Source: Eledone cirrhosa
Lineage: Eukaryota
Length of the DNA: 64,000 nucleotides
Direction of reading: 5' to 3'
NCBI GenBank assembly: GCA_964016885.1
Contig: OZ024742.1
Span: forward strand, 244,094,001 to 244,158,000
The position numbers and the translations under genes are program-made. The notes under the pieces were generated by a model. The model saw nothing but the letters and a program-made list of their open reading frames with translations, searched no databases and had not been told where the DNA came from. Of the stretch, positions 40,301 to 53,336 are shown piece after piece; positions within the stretch are counted from its first letter, which is position 1; each line of letters starts with the position of its first letter.

Positions 40301-41772
40301 AGTACTAACTGAACATCACTGAGTAAACCAGTTTGAGATGTTGCAAAGTTTATAAACACTATCCCAATAGTAGGGATTAAAATTATAACATCAACAACAA
40401 ATATTTGCTAAAGCTATTGTATTGGGTTAAGTATAGTGCTCAGCTTTTATCGGTTAGCTTAACTGTAAATATATTTCACTCCACGTTATATAAACCATTT
40501 TAAAAATGCAGGTATAGAGAACTTTGTCTAAGACAATTTATTGGAAAACCTTACCAATTCTGTTTAAAATTGAGAAAATAAGCTAAAATATGCTATTTTG
40601 ATTCTTTATAAAATCATTATTGTTGGACTGGAGACATTATATATAAGAATTGGTTAATTGACAAAGAGATGTTTGCATTTGATACTATCAGAGTAGTAGA
40701 ACCATCATTAAGCAGAAACATTTGTTATTGTATCATCAGGGCAGATGAATTTTGTTTGTGTTCCATTACTCGAGGTTAACTTTGCCTTTCATCCTTATGG
40801 GGTCGATAAAATAAAGTACCAGTAATGTACTGGGTAATTGCTGGCCTTGTGCCTAAAATAGAAACAATTACTATGTAATATATAATCTTCACACTAGAAA
40901 CATGACCTTCCACAGTGTTATAGTTGTTTGCATGTATGTATAGCCCCATAACCCCCAAGGGAATCATAAGGACAGCGTATTGACATAAAGTGTTTCTAGG
41001 GCATTTTCATACCTGGCATAGCACATCTCCTCTGAATACAGCAGATCTCTTCCACACAAGGATTGAGAGTGAGGTGAGAAAGAGATATAGTGGAAGAATT
41101 GATCCCAGTACTAGACTGGTACTTTTTATTATTGACCTTGAATGGCAAAGTTGACTTCAGCTAGATTTGAACTCAGAGAGCCAAGACAAATACAAAGCAT
41201 TCTATCAGAGGTTCCAATGACTGCCTATTCACTGCCTTATAGTTGTTTATTAAATAGTTATTTACCCAAGAACATAATGATGAATGACCCTTATTTACTT
41301 CTTGGCTCTATTAGCATTCTTTTCACTTAACTCTTTAGGAAATTGATTATAACATGGACATGGGGCACATATTTTTAATATTGAGATTTTGTAACTTGTT
41401 ACATGGATTTAACATAGTAAATATCTTCTGCATACCATTTTGTTTTCCTTTTAGGGATCTATTTATCCAGATTTGCTTGCGTAGAAGGGCTTATTTGGGG
41501 AAATAATTGTTTTTATAGCTTGACACCTTTATTACTACTAACCACTCAGTATGTAGTAGGATTGAAACAAGTTTTAGTTCAGTCAAGCAAGTTAGAGCAA
41601 CTGTTGTTTGCATTGGAACAACACAGTGGTTATAGTAAGATCTGAATTTATGACTGTGATCATTAGTCCTAACACTCTTTTAGGACGACTTGTTTAAGGG
41701 AAATAGTACTGATGATAATTATTAACAACTGTAAGTATTAATGTGGTGTGGTAAATAAATATATACATATAT

Positions 41773-42116
41773 CTACATCTAAGGCGGGTAAAATTCCCGA
41801 GATCCATGGACGAGTTCTCTCCAGCGGTCTCTGTCCCTCATTATCACTGCCATATCCTGCATCTCCAACAGACCAGTGTCTGTCCTTAGGGCATCAACAT
41901 ATGTTAACCTTGGTCTTCCTCTTCTAGTGTGTCCATGTAGGGGCTCCCAAAGGAGCACTGAGTGCAATGTCAACTCTGGATGTCGGTGAGCATGTCCAGC
42001 CAACCTCAGTCTCCTCTGTGTCACTTTTGAGCTGACTTTTGGGATGCTCCCATACAGCTCTGAGTTTTTCATCCTCAGTGTATACTGATTAATGTTCAGA
42101 GCCATCCTCAGCATTT
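41773..42116 (-). mobile_element. 5'-truncated RTE-like LINE 3' end (third family)
   Basis: The ORF has MLRMALNI, RRLRLAGHAHRHPEL, GRPRLTYVD and DRDRWR. Flanked by candidate TSD ATATACATATAT (41761-72 and 42117-28). Confidence 0.85.
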
Positions 42117-42195
42117 ATATACATATATACCAAGTCTAAACACAATGGAATCAAACTCCCACTATCACTGCTTCTGTCTCTCCCGTTTTAAGCAA

Positions 42196-42405
42196 ATGGG
42201 GGCCCACTCACTGACTACCCTGCGGCTCCAAAGATGGTGAGGGAGACATGCTGGAAGAGCCATTCCAGCTTGCGGGGCTCACACATGCAGGTAACGAACT
42301 CTGCCATGCTGGTGAGTAGGGAGGGTTGATCCTAGGGTCAAGGACCCCAGAAGTCTCCACTGCTACAGGCTCGACTGCAAACGTGCTGGAGAGTTACCCT
42401 CTTCG
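42196..42405 (-). mobile_element. Decayed CRE-clade 3' fragment, paralogous to 47805-48030
   Basis: GGGAGACATGCTGGAAGAGCCATTCCAGCTTGCGGGGCTCACAC aligns with GGGAGACGGGCTGGAAAAGCCACTCCAACTCGCGGGGCTCACAC at ~47869. Confidence 0.75.
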
Positions 42406-43453
42406 GCAATAACAAATGTTAACTTTTGCATCATCATTTTATTTTTATAATTAGACTTCCACAGTTTGACATGGCTATCTTTGTTGGTAGAAGAATTCTC
42501 TTTATTTTGCCAATTAAATTTATGAAAAAAATAATCCTTAAAATTCCAATTTTCATTTCTGAATAAATGAACTTCAAATATAATCTACAAAGTAAAATTG
42601 AACTTTGTAGATTATAAGTCTAATATTTTACTGCAAGTTAGCTTTTATATGAACACAGTTATTAATTAGATTTAATACTGTGATGAACATAATACTGTAT
42701 AGATAATATTCTCTTTTCTAGAGATGGAGAGTTATAACATTGTTCATTTCTTGTATAGATTGACCTAGAGTCCTCATAATTTATTTGATTAAAATACTTA
42801 CTTTGTAATTACACTGCAGTGAAGAGAATTTGAGTGGCACTCATTACTATCTTCATGTTGAAGCTGTTAATATATTACCCTTTTGCCACTCTCAACTACA
42901 GTTGACCCTGAATTGCTAATATGAGCATTCTTGTGTTAAACTTGTGTTTCATATTGATTGACATGTTGTCTAGGTAGGAAATGGTGAGAAGGTTATGGAG
43001 TTTATTTTGGGGGGAATCCTGGCCATTTATCAGATAAGGTTTTTTTTTTGGTTTTTTGTGGCATGTATTAATTATCTTTAGTTGTCAACATGTTAATTGT
43101 CAACCATTGAGCTATTATATTTTTTTCTTCCATTTTGTGTTAATAATTGATTAGACAAAATTGTTTAGTGTTTTTATAATTCTGTATCAATAATTACTTG
43201 GGTGCTCTAAAATAATGGAATGGTAGATAAAGTAGACTGTTGTATTGGGTTCAAGATAATTAGTTCTGTCTGTTTATATTTTGAGTTACCAAGTTTTTGA
43301 CTACTGATTCTTTACAAATGTATGGCCTTATGAAGTCTAAGAAATCAATAAATTATATCATTCTAGTTTATGCATGAGGGGAATGAGAAGCTATGGTTTT
43401 TAGTTGTCCCCCAAGAATTGATTATATATATATATAATGTGTGTGTATATATA

Positions 43454-43630
43454 ATCACTGTTTAATGTCCATTTTTCCATGCTAGCATGGGTTAGACAAG
43501 TTGTCCTCTTGTGAGACTGGCCAGATCAGGCGACCATATCTTGCTCATACAGAACTGTTTTTGGCTCGCTTTCTACGACTGGATGTCCTTCCTAATGCCA
43601 ACCACATTTACTGTACTGGGTGCTTTTTGT
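43454..43630 (-). mobile_element. RTE 3'-UTR/tail fragment
   Basis: TTTAATGTCCATTTTTCCATGCTAGCATGGG...GGATGTCCTTCCTAATGCCAACCAC. Confidence 0.75.
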
Positions 43631-45364
43631 TTTGATACCTTTATATTGGGGACTTATCAAGTGAAGGGTGGGTAGGGGGAAAGTGGTGCATAGTGAACAA
43701 GTAAAATACCGCCAACCAAAAATTGAAACTAGGTCACAGATGCAGCTTGACAGTATTCTCCCTAGATTCTAAGGTTTTAGAAAAATAAACAAAGCTCCTT
43801 CATGATTTTACTGATGATGGCTCTCTAAATTCTATCATGAAACTTAATAGCTTCTTCCTTCCATAGACACAGTTTCTTGTATATTCCTTGCTACTTTTAA
43901 TACACCTACCTTCCCACTAATGTCCATCTTGGTGAATCTGAAGTCATATATCTAACAACATATTCAGATTATTTCTTTCTTCAGTGTCTATCTGTCGATA
44001 GTTTTTCAATCCCTTAAGAAAGAACCCTTACTATTCAGGACTAAAATATGCTGCTTTGTTCTTAAAACTTTGTATCTTATAATCTCTAAGCTATTGACTC
44101 ATTAATTTTCCCTAGTTTCCCTCATTTTCCTTTCATTTCTCAGGCATTCATCATCTTCTTTATAGGCATCAAGTTAGTGTTTAGTTCCTACCTACCCCCA
44201 CATATACACACCACCATCTTCATTTCCCCTTCCCTCTCTTCTCTCCTCTACCATCACCCAGATAAAATTCTAATACCCAGAATTTGGGATGTTTTTGAGG
44301 TGAGTGGATGGGTGTAAATCTAGGACAAGTTACTTTGAGAAAAATCTAAGGAGAGTATGTATATCATGTCTAAAACTATGCTATGCTATGCTAGAGGTGG
44401 GGTAGTATTAGTGGTAACTAGAAATCTTTACTGTTGCTTTTACTGGACTTCCCATTACAGTAAGACTGACAAAAAACAAAAAAAAAATATATATATACAT
44501 TCACCCTCCCATTCTCTCTTATCTACATAGACTCATAAGTAATTATAAATATTGTTTTTGAAGGAACATATTCTTTCAGTTGACTTTGTGACATTATTTG
44601 CACTTGTGTGTAGAAACGGCTATCGTTTATTGTAATCAATTATGACTGAGAGCATGGCTACTGAAGTGAAGCTGTGTCATGTAAGGCCACTACTTAGATG
44701 AGCAACTGTTTGGAAAATCCATCTCAGCATTACTCAAGTGTTATAAGAAACAAATCTGTGCTTTAACAGTTTAGATTAAGTAGCAGCAAAACCTCTTATG
44801 CCTCTTTCAAAAAGGCTCTAAATGGGCTCACACCATTCAACTCATACATAATGGGGGTACTTTATACTATATGACATTAAAAAATTAATTTTTAGTATGT
44901 TACTGATTAGACCCCACACAAGAGTAAAGTTTGTTTGAGTAGTATTTTCAATATGACAATCATTTAGCCTTAAATTTACATTACCCCCATACTTGCTGTT
45001 GGAAGTCATTTGCCTTTACTGCCAACACTTAACATCTCTTTTACATGTAATGTATGATTTTTGTACAATACACCTTAGATTTTAGCCTTTGTGTTACCAT
45101 AGTTTGTCTAAAATAAAGTGAAAGCTTCTGTTATTCCACAGAAATTCTATCCTTTAGCAGTGCCAGTTGGGAGTTGGTTTGTTCTATGTACCTGCGTTTG
45201 CTTGTAAATTGCCTACCTATGATCATATTCTGTTTGGCCATTTATTGGTTACTAACAACGACTTTTCCTTAATGTTTGGTTGTAGCAGTCCCCAAATACT
45301 TCTTTAAATTTTAGCCTCATACAGAATGAGTACAAACAATAGGGATTAAAATTGACTGAGAATA

Positions 45365-45438
45365 GAAACCAACATCTGGATTTTAACCTGCTCACTGAAT
45401 GTAAACCAACATCTGGATTTTAACCCGCTCACTGAATG
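45365..45438. repeat. Tandem duplication of about 37 bp
   Basis: AAACCAACATCTGGATTTTAACC.GCTCACTGAATG occurs twice. Confidence 0.9.
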
Positions 45439-46016
45439 AATTAGTAATCTTAAATATTTCAGTATATTCATACATGGCCTGGACACCCCTTACAGTCATT
45501 CATCTATGTCTGGCATTTATATTGCCCACTAGGTCACAACACTCATTGAACACCAAGATTTTTGTTTACTCTGTACTTTTTAACTTTGTAACATATGTTG
45601 TGTGTATTTATACACACACCCCTACTAGCTTTTTGTTGTTGTTTTTACTGCTTTCTAACCTTTTCTTTCTATACTTCTTTCACAGTCATGACCATGATCA
45701 GTTTTCTATCCATCCACTTTCCTTTTCTCACCATACCATTTTCTTTCTATTTTTACCTGTTCTGTTTTACATCTTCTACATAACTCTGTTTCTTACCTGC
45801 TCTATCTACACCTTCTATTCATGTATTATGTTCTGATAAAGACAACTTTACTTGGACTGGCTATACAATAAATAAATACTTGTAGCCCCCACATACTTAT
45901 TTGCATTACTAGGCCCAGAATTAAGCCTTAAAAATAATTTACACCTAACAAGAATAAACAAAAAACAAAAGGATCCGACTGAAGGTTTAGCTAAATATGG
46001 TTATTATAGTTTAGGT

Positions 46017-46905
46017 CAGGGGTGGGGAAACATTTTGGATATGGGGGGGGGGGGGGCATTGCCTGGGTCATGAACACCAGAGGGCTGCACCATTTATCAT
46101 TGGATATAGTGTACTAGTAACCTTACTTTTAGTTAGAATTTAGAAAATATAAAATATAAACTGCATCATTATAATACATAAATTAATAAAATTATTAAAT
46201 ACAAAAATTTTAAAACAAAAGTTTTCTTTTAATTTGTCTTTGTACATCACAAAACATACCAGAACAAGTAATTTAATGAGACAAATACAACTAGTAACAA
46301 TTTGTTACAATTTTTTTAAAATCTGGCACAATGTTGCTGGTAGAAATTCTCAGCACTGCATGCAGGTTTGTGTCTGAAATCATGGATCTGTTCTTGAACT
46401 TGTTTATGTTAAGACAGGAAAAACTTTTACAGATGTAAGTTGACTCCAAAATAGAAAACAATCTGGCAGCAAAGCTTCTCAAACATGGAAATTTTTCATC
46501 TGAATGAGACTTGTAATACTCTATCAATGGCACAGAATGAAACATTTCTTTCAACAAGTGATCTGCTTGCATGTCAATTAGTTCAAGCTGTATTTCTTCT
46601 GGTACTGCATCATCAACAGCAGTGAAAGGGAAAGTTAACAAATTGAATTCAGCCTCAGTCCTTTTGAAATCTGTAAACCTTCTTTCAAACCCCTCCTTTA
46701 AACTCATCAACTGATGCATTATCTTTGGGGAGACATTTGCAGGCACTTTCTCCTTCCCTAATAAAGAAAAAATAGCAGAACTTGCCTTTACCTGCTTGCC
46801 TGGAGAACAAAGCAAGTTTTGCCTGAAAAGACTTGACATGCTTGTACATATGAGCAAACAGATCCTTTTGCTGCAATATCACATTCAGGTTCCTATCTCT
46901 AGTCT
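46017..46905 (-). mobile_element. hAT (Charlie/SPIN/GTF2IRD2-like) transposon 3' half with frameshifted transposase C-terminus
   Basis: Reads LNVILQQKDLFAH..HVKSFQAKL, FERRFTDF, IQLELIDMQ and STYIC..FSCLNINK..RSMISDTNLHAVLRIST (hAT dimerisation domain). TIR CAGGGGTGGGGAA at 46017. Confidence 0.85.
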
Positions 46906-47788
46906 TCACAGGACATTTTTGTTACAAAATCACAAGAAACTCCCTTCATGTTCAAAAAGAGAAGGATTTCTTCTTACGACTCCCTTACTTTCTTCAGCAC
47001 TTCTAATGAAGTACAAGAATGATTGGGTTGGCATTGCCTTTTCTCCATCCAGAGTTCATAGGATCAGCATTAATAACAATCCTACACACATTGGTTTTGT
47101 ACCTGTTGCTATTTATCTTCAACACGAATAGTAAGAATGTCAGGAATGGCAGATCATTGGATTTAAAGTACATACAAATATTTACTTGGGTAAATTTTCA
47201 TTCTGAATCCTTTTAGAGTCAGGTGTTAAGGGTAAATGATGGATGAAGTTAACTTTACCATTCATTCCCAGCTCCAGTGACTTTCTGACTATATAACTCG
47301 CCTTCAAATGTGTGGGCATGTATTTATCATCACCATCATTGTTTAACGCGAGCTTTCTCTGCTAACAAGAGTTGGATTTTAAACTTGATAAGGCCTATAG
47401 CTAAGAAAACAGAATGTAGTGTTAATAGATATTACACCGCTGTCCATAGGATTCCAAATTGTCGTTTAGTGCAACAAAGCTGACAGCAACATAATTCTAA
47501 TACACGCACATATATATATATAAACTGACCTATGTAAATTGCATATATCAATATGTAAGAAATATTTTTTTTCTCTATTATTTTACGTTCAAATCTCGCC
47601 GAGGTTAATTTCGCCTTACATCCTACCGGAGTTGATTTAATCTTTCTCTCTACAAAAAATAAAATAAAAATGGCCCCGCGCCCAAAGTAGAAATTATTAT
47701 TTCTTTGCTTACAAATTCCACTGATCCAGTAAAACGATTGATCTATCGCGATTGCTAATTTATGTGGTGATGAAAGAATGGTATTTAA

Positions 47789-48600
47789 CTAATGTAATGG
47801 TACGCGATGGGGCCCACCCACAGCCCCGGCGGACAGAATGGAGAAGGCGTTTCCCCGGAGGACGGCAAGGGAGACGGGCTGGAAAAGCCACTCCAACTCG
47901 CGGGGCTCACACCTACGGCCTGCCAGCTCAGCGCCTATGGTGGTGAGTAAGGAGGTAGCCCTGGGGCCGAGGACACCAGAAGTTTTCACTGCCAGGGGAA
48001 CGACCGCAAACCTGTCGGAGAGCGACTGGTATTTGAAGAGTTTGGCCCCCTCAGCCCGACGTGCAGCAGAACCTGGGTCAGTCTCAGACTGCACCAGGTT
48101 GCGGCTGCAGAAAGTGTCGGTGCAAGTGGCATCCCAGACGAGGGGTTTGCCACCGCAGAACGGGAAGATGGTCATGCCATCTGGCCTTTTGCCGTCCCCT
48201 CGATCCAGCCCCACCGGCTCGAGCTGGGAAGAGAAGCCTGCAGCGTCCAAGCCATGCTTAATGACCTCGTTGAGGGCAGTATGGCGTGGAATGCGGCCGG
48301 CACTGTGGCGACAGGAAAGCGGGTGGAAGCCGAAAGAGTTCACGGTGGAACCGCAGCGACATTGGTGTGGCTGGCAGATCCGGAGGCCGAGCCTCAGAGA
48401 AACGCCGATTCGCAGGCTATGGTTGTCTAGCTGCGTGCCAGTGGAGAAGGAGGGCAGAGCATGGAGCCAGGCACCACTGTGGGGTTTGGTAGGCCGCACG
48501 AAAACAAGCAAGGCGGTGCTGGTCGAGCTGGCGCGTGAGCCTGTCTGAGGCCAGGATGCACTGGATGGCATCCCATGTGGTTGTCGGACGTTGTCGATGG
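47789..48600 (-). mobile_element. CRE-clade non-LTR retrotransposon 3' fragment (zinc knuckle + restriction-like endonuclease)
   Basis: GC-rich island reading SGAWLHALP, LRLG, CRCG...HPLSC, RH..LN, GDGKRPDG, LVWDATC, K..KY, VPLAVKTSG and SLAVLRGNA. Confidence 0.85.
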
Positions 48601-51431
48601 GAGCAACTATAATGAAACTGCAAGAAAAAACAATTGCATGCATGAACGTTAATTGGAAAGTGCCATAATCTTCACAAGCATCATTTTTCGAGGGGTGAGG
48701 CACTAAATAATTAAGGGGAATACAGTGAAAACGTGCTATTAAAAAGTAGGAGTTAATGTTATGAGAAAATCTGATTAAGGATTAAAAATTGAAGGCAGAT
48801 GATAGATTTTCAATTTCATCATGAGGTTGTGCCAACTTTTCAGTGATTACTTAACTAGTTTGGTGGTTTGGAGCAGATTTAATGTTTCTGTCATGAAAAA
48901 CATTTAACACGTCAAATAAATAACCTGCTAATTCTCAACACTGAATAAATATCATCCAGTACAACAGAAAAAACAACAGTTTATATAAATATCCTAAATT
49001 CCATCGAAATCACTTGTATCTTTTATAGTTTTGTGGAAATCAGATGTGTTGTTGCTTGTGAATGGTTGACTACCTTGTCAAGGATGAAATAATTGTTTCT
49101 ACTTTAGGCACAAGGCCAACCATTTGGGGGAAGGGAAAGTCGATTAAATCGACCCCAGTGCACTTTTTGGTTTTTAATTCAAGCATAGGACCATAATTTT
49201 TTTTTTTCGTGGTATCGATTAATTGGAACCCAGTACTTAACTAATATTTTATTGTATCGACATTGGATTTGATCGCAACGTAAAGCCGGAACAAATACCG
49301 CAAAGCATTTGTCCGACACTCATAAAACGTTTTCTTGTATACGGAAATACCAATTCTCTTAAAATCTAAACTATATTATGTTTCACCTAGCGTTTTTTGT
49401 TGTTTTATTTTAAAATTATTTGACTTTAATCTCATTAGTAAACATTTCCAAGGAAACCTAATAAAACACAAACAAGAAACAAAAACTAATTGATAAGTTG
49501 TTAAAAATTCATTAATTTCTTTCATTGTGCTTTAATTTCTAGCACTTGAACTTTGAATGAGCTCGTCAAAGGGACGCATTACATCGATATTACATTTCGC
49601 CGCGCGCACGCGTATTCTCTCTCTCTGTCTTTCTTTCTTTCTCTCTCTCTATATATATATCTATATCTATCTATATATATATATATATATATATTCTATT
49701 TTCAGATTAAGATTACTGGTTAGTCAAGGACTGACATGGTGGATTTTTATTTTAGTCTTTTCATTTAGAATTTTCTTAGTTATAATCTTGTCTATGATTC
49801 TTCATCGGAATACCATTTCCTGCTAATTAAGAATGTTTTTTTTTTTTTTATTATTGTTGTTTTATTTAATTTTTTCTATAGCTGTCTATTTCAAACATTT
49901 AATTGTAAAATAGTAGCCCTGGAACTTGCATTAATGTATCGAAATCAAAATTAATATTGAAAAAAAAAAAAAGGTTTTCTATTTGTTTTTTAATTTAAAA
50001 AAATATATTTGGTCTTTTGATTATACTCTTAAAAGTTGCTATTTTTTGGCTGTTAAAAAAACAAAAAACAAAAAAAAAAACGATGGGATCCTGGTGGCCA
50101 TCAAATGTTTGACTCATGTTTAGGATCTAGTTTTTAACCTTTTGTATGTCCTGCTTCTGCTTGTTGATTCATTGCATGCAATCAAAAAGGGATGTGTGGC
50201 ACTGTACTGTTTTTTACATTGCCCATCCACACCTGATATCTTTCAGCTATTATTTATATATTTTTATAGCGATAATTATATTTAGATATAACAAAAGTGA
50301 AACTTTCATTTCCATCGATTTAAATTGTTGTTGTTATCAGTCACACAATATACCAAACTAAATACATATGTTATTTCCAGTTGTCAATAGCTAAGGCTTG
50401 CACTTTTGGCACACTCTCACCTATGCGTTATATGTGAATATAATGCCTGATTTAATTCCTAATAGAAATATAATTAAGGTGTTCATCAAATAGATTAGTC
50501 TTTATTGATTAATAAAAGTTTGTTTTTAAGAGAAAACATTGCAGTTAATTAAAACATACAATTTTTTTTCTATTACCCTCCTTTCACGTGGAAAGAAGTT
50601 ATTTAAACAAATTCATTTTAAATCGATTAAACTAAAATTGCTGTTTTGTGAGTGAGATAGGGTTTTATAAATGAATTTGTTTAAATCCTCGTGTCAATTT
50701 CCAAGACGATGGGTGAGATTATGCTGTTATTTCTAGCAGGTTGAGCAACCGCATAGATATTTCCTTGTTGACTCGAATGCCCTAGATATTTAAGACAGGT
50801 GAATGTGTTCGTTGTTATTAACCATGAAAATATACAAAGGAAATTGTCCTTAATCTCGCAGGGGAGACAAATATGTCTGATACTTTCTAAATAGAGAAGA
50901 CTAGAATGAGTAAAGAGGTGAGAGACAACCACGTCATCCCCTTATTGGTGTCTTCTCTACCGATTTGCTTCATCTAACTACATAATGGTTAATATATGGG
51001 TACTATATACTTTTTTGGGGGAATACTTGGATATCATCAAGCTGTTCACTACAAGTATAATTCCGAGTTGTTTAGTCTCCAAACCAACGACGTTAGAGTA
51101 AACATCTCTATGCCGACTACCAGGTCGTTATCCCTTTTTATATTTAAAGACAGTTAGGTCTGCTAGTTTTAACAACTCTATTAATTACTAGAGGCTCGCT
51201 CTATACTATTGACTGGTCCATGTCTATCTAGCTGTTTACCACTCGTCTATGTTGTCTATTACCCCGTTGTACACAACCAGTGTGTCTGAGTACTAGAAAA
51301 CTCTATATCATAGTACCACTATGTATAACTGAGTACTAATTAGTTTATATCACTGGTGTACAACTGAGTACTAACTGGTTGTATATTACTGATGTTTAAC
51401 TAACTAGCTGTATGACTGAGTACCGAGTAGA

Positions 51432-51962
51432 TATCTGAATACTAACTATACACCACTATGTATCCGAGTACTAAATTATACACCACTATATATCTGAGTA
51501 CTAACTATACACCACTATATATCTGAGTACTAACTATACACCACTATATATCTGAGTACTAACTATACACCACTATATATCTGAGTACTAAACTATACCC
51601 CACTATATATCTGAGTACTAAACTATACCCCACTATATATCTGAGTACTAAACTATACACCACTATATATCCGAGTACTAAACTATACACCACTATATAT
51701 CCGAGTACTAAACTATACACCACTATATATCCGAGTACTAAACTATACACCACTATATATCCGAGTACTAAACTATACACCACTATATATCCGAGTACTA
51801 AACTATACACCACTATATATCCGAGTACTAAACTATACACCACTATATATCCGAGTACTAAACTATACACCACTATATATCTGAGTACTAAACTATACAC
51901 CACTATATATCTGAGTACCAACTATCTCTACACCACTATATATCCGAGTACTAACTATACAC
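51432..51962. repeat. 29/30-bp tandem minisatellite, about 17 copies
   Basis: Unit ACTATACACCACTATATATC(C/T)GAGTACTA(A), with degenerate copies extending to ~51280. Confidence 0.97.
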
Positions 51963-53280
51963 TACTAGTGTCTGTTTGCCATATAGCTTCATACTATTAA
52001 TGTGTGTATGTGTGTGTGGCATGATGAGATAGATCAGTTTGTATAAGTTGTCATCGTAATTCAATGCATATTTCTCACTGTTTATTGCTTGATACAATTT
52101 CCATCATAGGAATACACACACACGCACGCACGCTCACACATAGGAGAGTGAGTGAGAGTGAGAGATAACAGTCAGGTTCCTGTGCAAGATTTTTTTTATT
52201 TACTTTTCCTTCACAATCTGTTATTGAACTGCTATTTCAGTGGAGTGACAACAAAGCTGACGAGATACATATCAACTACTAGAGAAATAACAGCATTGGA
52301 GTTGAATTAGGTTGTCATGCTCACTGTATTCATGGTAACTACCAACACCAGAGTAGACGGTGTTTATCAGCAAGTTACCGCAAATACATGTGTAAATTAT
52401 TAATTAATTAATTAAAAAGTATTATGGGTGTTTAGAGACTTGTTTTTTAATGGAGATTTATTGGCTATTTGATTTGAAAAATAATAGAGAAAAATTGAAA
52501 GTGAAAGAAAAACCTACAGCTCTGAAAACTCAGTTATACGTTCAATAGCATTTGTTTGTTTGTTTTCATTACTTTATTACACAGAAAGAGATTAGTTTAT
52601 AACTTTTAGTCATTTAAAGTGGAGGAAAGGAAATAAAATAGGAGGAAATAACCAATTTGTCTTTGACTATTCCAGTTAGTAGTCTGGAAGAAGAGGATAA
52701 TTGTTTAGCATAGAGAACTGAATATAGAACGAGAATGGGTTGGCTGAGATTATAACTAGATTTGCTCCTTGGTGTCACTATCATGGTATACTGTGAATAG
52801 TATACAAATATGTTTATGTTAGACGGGCAAACGAAAAGGTTATCGTGTTTGTTTATTTTTCTATTTTTATGTCTATATATTTCCAAAGCTGTGGAGATAT
52901 GAGTGTTTTAAGAGTAGATTTACCTGAGATTTGAGATTTTAACTAAACAACAAGGTTAATATGTATGTGTGTGTAAAATATTTACTGTCACAACACAATC
53001 AATCACAGCATTTGTCCTGTGAATGCTCTACTTGAATGGTGATATAATTGTCCCTGCATTCGGGCTTACTTTAAAATGTCAGTTTTTATTTGTTTATTTG
53101 AAGCACACATTTTCTAGACTAGTTTAATTGCCCTTAATTTGTGTGTAAATCTTCAACTTGTCTCCAAATAATTAAATGACTTGGTAAAATATTTTAGAAT
53201 TAATTTAACAATTAAAGTATTTTGTTACAGTTTTTTTTTTAATTGTGAAATTATATATTGCAATATCTTTGTCAACATAT

Positions 53281-53336
53281 TTAATTTTTTTCTTATTTTT
53301 TTCAGGTGAGTATTTACTTGGTGCCTTTTGGTGAGC
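53281..53336 (+). other. Candidate recursive splice site / 25-nt microexon (53306-53330)
   Basis: TTAATTTTTTTCTTATTTTTTTCAG|GTGAGT, with a second donor TTG|GTGAGC at 53331. Confidence 0.5.

Noticed and set aside
51432-51962. CRISPR-like array, or the repeat protein VLGYIVVYSL
   Set aside because: The units are contiguous with no unique spacers, there are no cas genes, and the context is eukaryotic. The ORF is a by-product of the 30-bp period.
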